A stretch of 64,000 nt of DNA, from assembly GCA_050015395.1 (NCBI GenBank), contig JBEKBM010000003.1, forward strand, positions 64,001 through 128,000. Direction: 5' to 3'. The position numbers and the translations under genes were made by a program. Shown here piece after piece: positions 17,895 through 25,301 of the stretch; positions within the stretch are counted from its first letter, which is position 1; the number at the start of each line of letters is the position of its first letter. Under the pieces are notes generated by a model. It saw nothing but the letters and a program-made list of their open reading frames with translations. It was not told the DNA's origin and made no database searches. The stretch comes from Candidatus Bathyarchaeia archaeon (GTDB lineage: Archaea > Thermoproteota > Bathyarchaeia > Bathyarchaeales > Bathycorpusculaceae).

Positions 17895-18548
17895 ATGGCA
17901 AAAAGCGGCAATTACCGTGTCAAATTAAGACGCAGACGGGAAGGAAAAACTGATTACCAAGCGCGGAAGGCTCTGGTTATTTCTAGAAAGCCTCGGCTTG
18001 TTACTCGAGCATCACTAAAGAATGTTACAGTACAAATAACGATTGCTAAACCGCATGGTGATGAGATTTTAGCTTCAGCCAACAGCCGTGAACTCGTCAA
18101 AAATTACGGTTGGAAGGCTCCAACAGGCAATATTCCCGCAGCCTATCTTACAGGTTTACTTTGCGGTTTAAAGGCGAAAGCTAAAGGCGTTGAACAAGCA
18201 ATCTTGGATATTGGCTTGTTTTCTCCCACCAAAGGCTCAAAAATCTTCGCTATACTGAGCGGGGTTTTGGATGCTGGTGTAGATGTTCCTCACAGCGAAG
18301 AGAAGATTGTTAAGGAACGCATGAAAGGCGAACACATAGTCAAGTACGCTAAAAGCTTAGGCTCTGGGTCTGAAGAGTATACTGCCAAATTCTCAAAGTA
18401 CACAGCGCAGGGTATTGCGCCTGAAAAAATCTCTGAGCACTTCGATAAAGTGAAGGCTGAAATCACAGGCTCATTTAAGGCTGCCAAACCAGCAACTGAA
18501 GCTGCACCAAAAGAAAAGGCAAGTAAGAAAGGTGGAAAGAAAGCATGA
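17895..18548 (+). CDS. rpl18: 50S ribosomal protein L18 (uL18)
   Basis: RRRREGKTDY, PAAYLTGLL. Confidence 0.97.
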   Translation: MAKSGNYRVKLRRRREGKTDYQARKALVISRKPRLVTRASLKNVTVQITIAKPHGDEILASANSRELVKNYGWKAPTGNIPAAYLTGLLCGLKAKAKGVEQAILDIGLFSPTKGSKIFAILSGVLDAGVDVPHSEEKIVKERMKGEHIVKYAKSLGSGSEEYTAKFSKYTAQGIAPEKISEHFDKVKAEITGSFKAAKPATEAAPKEKASKKGGKKA

Positions 18549-19189
18549 GTCGAATGCACAGAGAAAGACAAACTAACTTAGAAACTTGGGTTCCAAAAAC
18601 CCGTTTGGGCAAGATGATTCAGGAAGGCAAAATAACAACCATTGAAGATGTCTTCCTTAGCGGCATAAAAATTTCTGAGCCCCAAATCGTTGACTCGTTA
18701 ATTCCTGATCTTCAAGAAGAAGTCATAAACGTTAACTTAGTACAGAAGCAAACTGATGCTGGCGAAAAATCCCGTTTCAAAGCCATAGTTGCCGTTGGAA
18801 ACAGAGACGGCTACATTGGCTTAGGCTCAGGAAAAGCCAGTCAAGTGCGAAACGCCATTGAGAAAGCTGCTGTGAATGCTCGCCTAAACATTATTCCAGT
18901 AAAACGCGGATGCGGAAGTTGGGAGTGCGGTTGCGGTAAACCTCATTCAGTTCCGTTCCAAGTTGAAGGGAAATGCGGCGGCGTACGAGTGGTTATTGTT
19001 CCGGGACCCAGAGGCTTAGGCTTAGTTTCAAGTGAAGTAGCCAAAGTCATCTTTGGCTTAGCTGGCGTGAAAGACTTGTGGATGAGAAGTTTTGGTTCAA
19101 CACGGACAGTGCCGTCTTACGCGTATGCGATCTTTGATGGTTTACGGAAGACTTATAATTTGATTACTCAAGTGGACTGGGTGAAGTAA
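18545..19189 (+). CDS. rps5: 30S ribosomal protein S5 (uS5)
   Basis: WVPKTRLGK, GCGSWECGCG, PGPRGLGLV. Confidence 0.97.
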   Translation: MSRMHRERQTNLETWVPKTRLGKMIQEGKITTIEDVFLSGIKISEPQIVDSLIPDLQEEVINVNLVQKQTDAGEKSRFKAIVAVGNRDGYIGLGSGKASQVRNAIEKAAVNARLNIIPVKRGCGSWECGCGKPHSVPFQVEGKCGGVRVVIVPGPRGLGLVSSEVAKVIFGLAGVKDLWMRSFGSTRTVPSYAYAIFDGLRKTYNLITQVDWVK

Positions 19190-19190
19190 G

Positions 19191-19679
19191 ATGGCGCAGA
19201 AAACTGAAGAGTGCAAGTGCCTTGTCGTCGTTAAAGTTCGTGGTACAATTAGTGCCCAGCGAGAAACACGAGAAACCCTTGAATTCTTGCATTTACTGCA
19301 TACCAACCATGCAGTACTCATTGATAGCCGACCATCATACAAGGGAATGCTGCAACGCGTAAACAGCTACGTCACATATGGCGAACCCTCAAAAGAAACC
19401 GTTGCCATGATGCTTCAGAAACGCGCAAGGTTAGCAGGCGACAAAAAACTAACAGATGAATACATCAAGAAAGCAGGATACAAATCCATCGATGACCTTG
19501 CAGAAGCCATAGTAAACTGCAAAGTGCAATTCCAGAAACTTCCAGATGTGCAGCCACTATTCAAGTTGCATCCGCCAAGCAAAGGCTACAAGGGCAAAAC
19601 CAAGAAAGGCTTCAAAGCAGGCGGCGAAGCAGGCTACCGCGGAGAAGCAATAAACGAACTAGTAAAACGCATGATTTAA
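19191..19679 (+). CDS. rpl30: 50S ribosomal protein L30 (uL30)
   Basis: VKVRG, LHPPSKG, GYRGEAINEL. Confidence 0.96.
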   Translation: MAQKTEECKCLVVVKVRGTISAQRETRETLEFLHLLHTNHAVLIDSRPSYKGMLQRVNSYVTYGEPSKETVAMMLQKRARLAGDKKLTDEYIKKAGYKSIDDLAEAIVNCKVQFQKLPDVQPLFKLHPPSKGYKGKTKKGFKAGGEAGYRGEAINELVKRMI

Positions 19680-19805
19680 TCTCCCGTTTAAACATAGTTT
19701 TTTTTATTTAGCTTAAATTTTTTAGGTAAATCTTAAATGCAAAGAGCCGACTAGAGAGAATAACTAAGCACGGTGAGAAAATGGATTTAGTTGAGGTTTC
19801 ATTTA

Positions 19806-20360
19806 ATGGCTAAAGCTACAATTATTGCGGAAGGTTGGATTCAAAGCGTTGGGTACCGTGCTTTCGTTAAACGTGTTGCTAGTCAGCTTGGATTAAAGGG
19901 GCTTGTGAGGAATTTGCCTGATGGAATGGTTGAAATTTTTTGTGAAGGCGATTTGCCCAAGATTGACCTGCTTTTGAAAAAGATGGATTATAAGGGCAAA
20001 AAAGACGATGCCTTGAGCGCTTATGTTGAAAACTTGAGCATTTACAGAGAGGGTGAGAAAGGATACGTTGGTCCTTGGAAAGAATACAAGGGATTTGAAA
20101 TTGATTATGGTTTTAACGTTGCTTCGCCTGTAGATCGGGCACTAATTGAGTACTTAGAAAGCGGAACGTTGTATGTTGTTTCTTTAAAAGACGAATTTGC
20201 AATGTATAGAAAAGAAACAAATGATAACTTTGAAACGATGGAAGCAAAATATAGTTCAATTTCTGAAGAGATGAAGAAAATAAATATAACTTTAGAAAAG
20301 CTTGCAGATGCCTACGTAAAAAGACAATCACAAACTGTCTGCGCCTTTGGCTTGAATTAA
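19806..20360 (+). CDS. Acylphosphatase-family protein with a C-terminal helical extension
   Basis: GWIQSVGYRAFV...GLVRNLPDGMVEIFCEG; ~80 extra C-terminal residues. Confidence 0.8.
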   Translation: MAKATIIAEGWIQSVGYRAFVKRVASQLGLKGLVRNLPDGMVEIFCEGDLPKIDLLLKKMDYKGKKDDALSAYVENLSIYREGEKGYVGPWKEYKGFEIDYGFNVASPVDRALIEYLESGTLYVVSLKDEFAMYRKETNDNFETMEAKYSSISEEMKKINITLEKLADAYVKRQSQTVCAFGLN

Positions 20361-20624
20361 AACTGCAAATCTAAAAGCCAGAATTACCATGCTGATTTAG
20401 CGTTTGAACGCTATCGCTTTAGTTCGCTAACTGACTAATTTTGATGCATGAGATAGCTAACTTAATTTTTTTTTTGATTTTTTGATAGTGATAGACTCCG
20501 AGTGCTTGAGTTTTTTGACCGCGGAATTCGCGCGCGCTTAATCCACAGCTAATAAGCCCATCTCCTTAAAAGCAGCCGAGAAAACAATTAAAGGGCGGGC
20601 AACTGAGCCCGATTCTTTTGTTGA

Positions 20625-20666
20625 TGGTGCCGAGGGTGGGACTTGAACCCACGAAGGTCTACGCCA
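20625..20666 (-). repeat. tRNA-Leu(TAA) 3' fragment (distal att-like copy)
   Basis: 39/42 identical to 23700-23741; variable arm, T-arm, acceptor and CCA. Confidence 0.9.
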
Positions 20667-20671
20667 AATGT

Positions 20672-21025
20672 CTAGCCTGTTTTAATAGCAATCGGCTTCT
20701 CGCTTTCTTCAACCTGTTTTTCCATTGCCTTTCTTGAAATAGTCATATCAAGCCTAATCAATTGTTTCACAATGTCGTTAGCTCTGTCAAGCTTGTACAG
20801 CGTTGCTCTTCCGATTTTACGGGTTGCTATCAGAGATCCCGACTGCTCAAGTTCTTTCCAATACTTGAAAAACGTTGCCCTGCTCATAGCGAGATTTTTT
20901 GCCGCCTCATTTTTTGAGTAATCAGAAAGCGGGTTATCTAAGAAGAAATCGATGATTCTTAACGTTGGGCTATCTCCCAAGTATTTGAGCAATAGTGTTT
21001 CATCCGCTTTGTAAGCCGTTCCCAT
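20672..21025 (-). CDS. Winged-helix DNA-binding protein
   Basis: LGDSPTLRIIDFF...SKNEAAKNLAMSRATFFKYWKEL...TRKIGRATLYKL. Confidence 0.8.
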   Translation of the reverse strand: MGTAYKADETLLLKYLGDSPTLRIIDFFLDNPLSDYSKNEAAKNLAMSRATFFKYWKELEQSGSLIATRKIGRATLYKLDRANDIVKQLIRLDMTISRKAMEKQVEESEKPIAIKTG

Positions 21026-21038
21026 ATCAAAACACCTG

Positions 21039-21401
21039 CTAACGGTAACTAAACCTTGCGTCCTTAGGTGTTAAGTCCAACGCGTCGGCGATCATTTCCT
21101 TAACGAGCGGCCTTTTTCTAACTTTTTGAAACTCCTCAGGAGTATACATTAGCAGATCCAACTCTTCAACAAATGACCAATATTCCAGAAGTATCTTTCC
21201 CCGCTCAAGACTGGTTAGACCCATGAAGCTTTTCGAAACAACTATCAAATCGATGTCGCTATCTGTTTTTCTTTTTTGTTTGGCTGTTGAGCCGAAAAGA
21301 AAGACTTTTTCAAGTCCTATTTTTGCATCAACAACTTTCAGAAATTCTTTCAGTTTATCCATTAAGGGCCTGTTGTCGTCAAGCACTAAAGCCTTCGTCA
21401 A
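21039..21401 (-). CDS. Minimal nucleotidyltransferase (MNT) antitoxin
   Basis: FLFGSTAK...DSDIDLIVVS; YTPEEF. Confidence 0.9.
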   Translation of the reverse strand: MTKALVLDDNRPLMDKLKEFLKVVDAKIGLEKVFLFGSTAKQKRKTDSDIDLIVVSKSFMGLTSLERGKILLEYWSFVEELDLLMYTPEEFQKVRKRPLVKEMIADALDLTPKDARFSYR

Positions 21402-21826
21402 GTCCTTTCCTCCTCAATCCTTGCCTTAATAACTTTGATGATGGGCAAAGCTTTTGTCATGAATTCATCCACGACGGCTTTAGTGTAGATATCACTGGGC
21501 AGTTCAAGAGTAGCATCAAAATATCTCGTTTCTCGAACGGCCAATGATAGTTGTCTGAGAAAACGAATTTGCTCTTCGGTTAGTTCGACCTTGTCAGCTA
21601 TTTTCGAATGTAATTCAACCAAATTATGCACCTTAGGAGGAGCCGCTTTCTTCAACACAACGATAGCTGCCTTCAAGGATTTTTCAACAGTCAAATGAAG
21701 CCAGAAAGCTACGACGGGATATGCCTCGCAGCTAATAACTTTCTCCAGCATTCTTAAAGAATCATCCAAATCCTTAAGCCATAATTGAATGTATTCATTA
21801 GAGAATGTGCTAGTTTTTTTTGTCAT
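21398..21826 (-). CDS. HEPN-domain protein (HEPN-MNT toxin-antitoxin module)
   Basis: HLTVEKSLKA, PPKVHNL, TRY; overlaps the MNT start. Confidence 0.88.
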   Translation of the reverse strand: MTKKTSTFSNEYIQLWLKDLDDSLRMLEKVISCEAYPVVAFWLHLTVEKSLKAAIVVLKKAAPPKVHNLVELHSKIADKVELTEEQIRFLRQLSLAVRETRYFDATLELPSDIYTKAVVDEFMTKALPIIKVIKARIEEERT

Positions 21827-21889
21827 TTGACTCTGAGTACAAGATAACTTTCTTACTATTTTGATTTTTCTATCTTCCAAAATTACGGC

Positions 21890-21955
21890 GGTGCCGGGGG
21901 TGGGACTTTTGAACCCACGAAGGCCTGCGCCAGAGGATCTTAAGTCCTCCTCCAT
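21890..21955 (-). repeat. tRNA-Leu(TAA) 3'-exon copy (proximal att-like copy)
   Basis: Identical to 23701-23764 except for a 2-nt insertion in the T-loop. Confidence 0.92.
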
Positions 21956-22180
21956 CTCGATTATGAGAGAGGTATTCTCAAAAAAACTTTAAGCAGAGGA
22001 ATGACTAGGACTGAACAAGCCTTTAGAAAAAGAACTTGGTGAGTATTTATCAGAAAAACGAGGCTGGCCATGGACTCTTACTTGCTTTATTATTAACTCA
22101 TGCAACGAAAGCAATAAAGACAAGATTAAATGAGACGTTTTTCTTCTTTAAGCGTGTGTTATCTATTTGATTTTAATTAA

Positions 22181-23422
22181 CTATTTCAGATTGTGCATCT
22201 TTTTGAAATCATAAATATTCGCTTGGTAATTCCTAGTTTTGAATTTTGCTATTTTTTCAGATATCTTCTCGGTTCCAAAATCCATGAACTTATCTGCAAC
22301 AGCGTAACCTAATCCGGCTAGTAAACCCAACTTGCCAATAGGTCCGGCAGCTACACTACCAATAGCGGCCATCGAAAGAGGAATTCCAACCTGCAAATTT
22401 TTTATTCGGTTAACTATTGTTTTATCGTTCCAGATTGAGTCCAGTATTTCCGAAAAATCTCTAACATTCTCATTTATCAAGTCTGGTTTCCCCACCACAA
22501 TTGCCTCGTTCAATGATTCTTGTACTTTTTTTAGGTCATATGAATCATAATGATACATGATATCCTTGCAGGCGTCAAATCCCATGGGGGCATACGTTAA
22601 CTTGTTTAGGAGAAATTTTCCTATCTCGCACGGAAGCTCTATTTTAGGCTGATAGGGCTTTGGCAATATTTTAGCGTCGATTATGTCGCTGAGCGTGAAG
22701 CTCTGTACGTCGCAAAGAAAGTCACCAATTGGGTTAGTAATGAACATTCGGCATTCGGTAAGCAGAGAATCAGCCTCTTCAGGGTTATCTATCATTAGGT
22801 TCTCAATATCCTCGGCTATGGGAAAGTGACAAGTTTTTAGGGTTACATAAGTGTGATAATCGTCAACTAAAACTTCCTCAAATAAGTGAGATTGATAGAT
22901 GTTTAGCCGCTTAAGCCAATCAAAGTACTTAATTTTACCTATCGAAGTAAAGGATTCATATGCTTTCTTAACCTCTACACGATTGGCCCAGCAAGAAAGC
23001 GGCGCAACCACATACCATGGAGGATTCAACTGCTCAAAAAAAGTATCCAAGTGACTCTTGCCCTCATAAAAAAGCGGATCGTTAATTAGTACAAATTGTA
23101 TTTTGCCGGTTTCCTTGACAAAATCGATTAGTTTCTGGGCTTCCTTTATCTTAAAAAAACTACTTTCATAAACTTCTAATGGCCAAGGTGCGAGTGGCAG
23201 AATAAGGGAACCACAAAAAGGAATTTGAGCCCATACATTGTTGATTTGAGCACTTTCTAGCGAAGTCATTGCCACAGGTTTTTGTAAATTAAAAAAGCGT
23301 TCTCTTGGAGGGTACTTGTCTTTTGTGCCATCGAATTGACCATTTTCTATTCGCTTTACCAACAATCTATTGTAAATGTCCAACTCTTTCTGCTTATATT
23401 CTTCAAGATACTTTCGATCCAA
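22181..23422 (-). CDS. Hypothetical protein, 413 aa, AT-rich cassette cargo with a C-terminal Gly/Ala-rich hydrophobic segment
   Basis: Long ORF filling the interval between two tRNA-Leu repeats; no family recognised. Confidence 0.75.
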   Translation of the reverse strand: MDRKYLEEYKQKELDIYNRLLVKRIENGQFDGTKDKYPPRERFFNLQKPVAMTSLESAQINNVWAQIPFCGSLILPLAPWPLEVYESSFFKIKEAQKLIDFVKETGKIQFVLINDPLFYEGKSHLDTFFEQLNPPWYVVAPLSCWANRVEVKKAYESFTSIGKIKYFDWLKRLNIYQSHLFEEVLVDDYHTYVTLKTCHFPIAEDIENLMIDNPEEADSLLTECRMFITNPIGDFLCDVQSFTLSDIIDAKILPKPYQPKIELPCEIGKFLLNKLTYAPMGFDACKDIMYHYDSYDLKKVQESLNEAIVVGKPDLINENVRDFSEILDSIWNDKTIVNRIKNLQVGIPLSMAAIGSVAAGPIGKLGLLAGLGYAVADKFMDFGTEKISEKIAKFKTRNYQANIYDFKKMHNLK

Positions 23423-23699
23423 AACGCCAACCTGACCTTCTTCTCAAATGTATTGTTCTTTATCCATATTAGGTTTTATAAAATGGTCAAAAAGGAGCTT
23501 ACTCATTCTTTTCTAAAATTTATGGCTTTTTAAGTATATCTGCTACGCTGATATTCAGGGGAAGCGCTATCTCCGACGCTATTTTCAGTTTTCCCCATTA
23601 ACGCAAGAATCGGAAGGGCTGTTTTGCAACATGATTCATGAACTGGGCAGAAGAAAGATCTCAATCTAAGGGATAAACCCAAAACCATTTTTGCCATAG

Positions 23700-23823
23700 T
23701 GGTGCCGGGGGTGGGACTTGAACCCACGAAGGCCTGCGCCAGAGGATCTTAAGTCCTCCTCCATATCTTAGGCAATCAATTTTTTCTGGCTGCCTATTTG
23801 GACCTGGCTCGGGTACCTACTGC
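23700..23823 (-). tRNA. tRNA-Leu(TAA) locus with a 35-nt intron at position 22/23; 5' acceptor strand does not pair (possible pseudogene)
   Basis: GAGGA-CTTAAGA-TCCTC anticodon arm; D-arm TACCCGAGCCAGGTCCAA; intron 23763-23797 folds as a hairpin with a relaxed BHB; spliced length matches tRNA-Leu(TAG). Confidence 0.7.
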
Positions 23824-24081
23824 GTCCGCACCGTTTCATGCAACGATTATGGAGCTTTGGGTTTTGCTTGGAGCCTCGTGCTGAATAGCTGAAATACATC
23901 TGGCCTAGCTTAACCAAAGCCTTTGCTTCCTGTAAGCTGTGAGTTGCAGATGAAACGTCCGCCAAAACCACCCTTCGCTTTACTCCGATCCCTGCCGTAT
24001 CATCCGGAAAAAAGCCTAAAACGCCAAAATAAAAACGTCAACCCAGAAAACCCACCCGTTCAAAACAGGCAGCCACACAAA

Positions 24082-24187
24082 AAAGTCGCAACCCGCAAAG
24101 ATTCAAACCCCAAACCGAAAAAGCAACCCAAAACACAAAAAGCCAAGCCTGAAAGTCGCAACTTTCACCAAACCAAAAGTCGCAACT
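24082..24187. repeat. Three direct repeats of AAAGTCGCAAC in an A/C-rich intergenic tract
   Basis: Copies at 24082, 24152 and 24176. Confidence 0.7.
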
Positions 24188-24418
24188 TAAAAATATCTGG
24201 CAAAAGGAAATCAAAAAACCTCCAAAAATCCTCAAATCCATCGCAGAAGCCTCAAAAAAACGAAAACTGACCCATAAATGAAACCGTCAATTTCCACGCA
24301 ATCATCATTTTCATGAGTAAACTGCTTCAGGGCTAATGCGCGTTTTCTCACTGTTTATGTGCGATACGTTTTATAGTGGGAGTGAAGAAATTCGTTAGTT
24401 AATTGGAGGGGGAAAGAC

Positions 24419-24877
24419 ACGAGCGCAAAATGGCGTAGAAGCACAAAAAACCGTAAATGGCTAGATTTTAACAACCAAGCAGCAAAAAGCAAAAAACAAC
24501 GAATAATTCAACCTGAACATGCTTACCGTCTAAAATCAATATCTGTTCACTCAAGCTTTCGGCCATCTAAAAGCTTTGCTGAACGCAATTTCCAAGAGCA
24601 AAAACCGTTAATCGATATATTCCAAGAAAATAATTATATAACGATTGTAGCGGAAATCGCAGGCTTTAATAAGGAAACCCTCAAAATTCATGTAAAGAAT
24701 CAAAAACTTATCCTCTCGGCGAAGTCGAAAGATCGCAGATACTATAAAAGTTTAAATCTGCCGAAGGTAGTGATTCCAGACGTTATGTACACCAAATTCA
24801 AGAATGGTGTGCTAGAAATAAAGTTAAAAAAAGCTGAAACAGCAATAAATAAAGAAGCTGATCAAAATGCCGCATAA
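24419..24877 (+). CDS. Hsp20/alpha-crystallin small heat-shock protein, apparent ACG start
   Basis: Hand translation (M)SAKWRRS...KPLIDIFQE...IVAEIAGF...FKNGVLEIKLKK; GGAGGGGG SD 6 nt before ACG; overlaps the rpl15 start; missed by the ORF track. Confidence 0.85.
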   Translation, partial: TSAKWRRSTKNRKWLDFNNQAAKSKKQRIIQPEHAYRLKSISVHSSFRPSKSFAERNFQEQKPLIDIFQENNYITIVAEIAGFNKETLKIHVKNQKLILSAKSKDRRYYKSLNLPKVVIPDVMYTKFKNGVLEIKLKKAETAINKEADQNAA

Positions 24878-25292
24878 ATTAAGAAAAATACGGAAATTTA
24901 GAGGTTCAAGGACAGTAGGCTACGGAAGGGTAGGTCAACACCGAGACTCAGGGTCCAAGGGGCATAGGAAAGTTGGACGGCACAAGCACTTATGGAGCTA
25001 TGTTACAACCTATGAACCTGATTATTTCGGTAAAAATGGCTTCACCTCACCCCAAAGTCTTCATCGCCACGAAAACACGATTAACCTCAAAAAGGTAGAA
25101 GAAATAGCACAAACAAGTCAGCAGGAAAATCCTCAAATCGACCTGACAGCCTTAGGCTACACAAAACTTTTAGGCACAGGTAAAGTCACAAAACCTCTAA
25201 CTGTACAAGTGTCATCATACTCAAAATCGGCGGCTGAAAAAATCAAAAAAGCAGGCGGAGAAATCGTAGGTTCCCCAGTCAACGGAGAGTAA
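24867..25292 (+). CDS. rpl15: 50S ribosomal protein L15 (uL15)
   Basis: RGSRTVGYG, YFGKNGF, KLLGTG, AGG. Confidence 0.96.
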   Translation: MPHKLRKIRKFRGSRTVGYGRVGQHRDSGSKGHRKVGRHKHLWSYVTTYEPDYFGKNGFTSPQSLHRHENTINLKKVEEIAQTSQQENPQIDLTALGYTKLLGTGKVTKPLTVQVSSYSKSAAEKIKKAGGEIVGSPVNGE

Positions 25293-25301
25293 AGCTACTA
25301 A

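Noticed and set aside
21827-21955. N-terminal extension of the HEPN ORF in the track (185 aa)
   Set aside because: It is a translation of the tRNA-Leu repeat; the start at ATG 21826 is more plausible.
23869-23878. CGAGGCTCCA on the - strand, matching the tRNA-Thr 3' end
   Set aside because: Only 10 nt with no adjoining T-arm; compatible with chance.
23923-24270. 115-aa K/N/P/Q-rich ORF
   Set aside because: Open only because of the T-poor strand bias; no SD or family signal.
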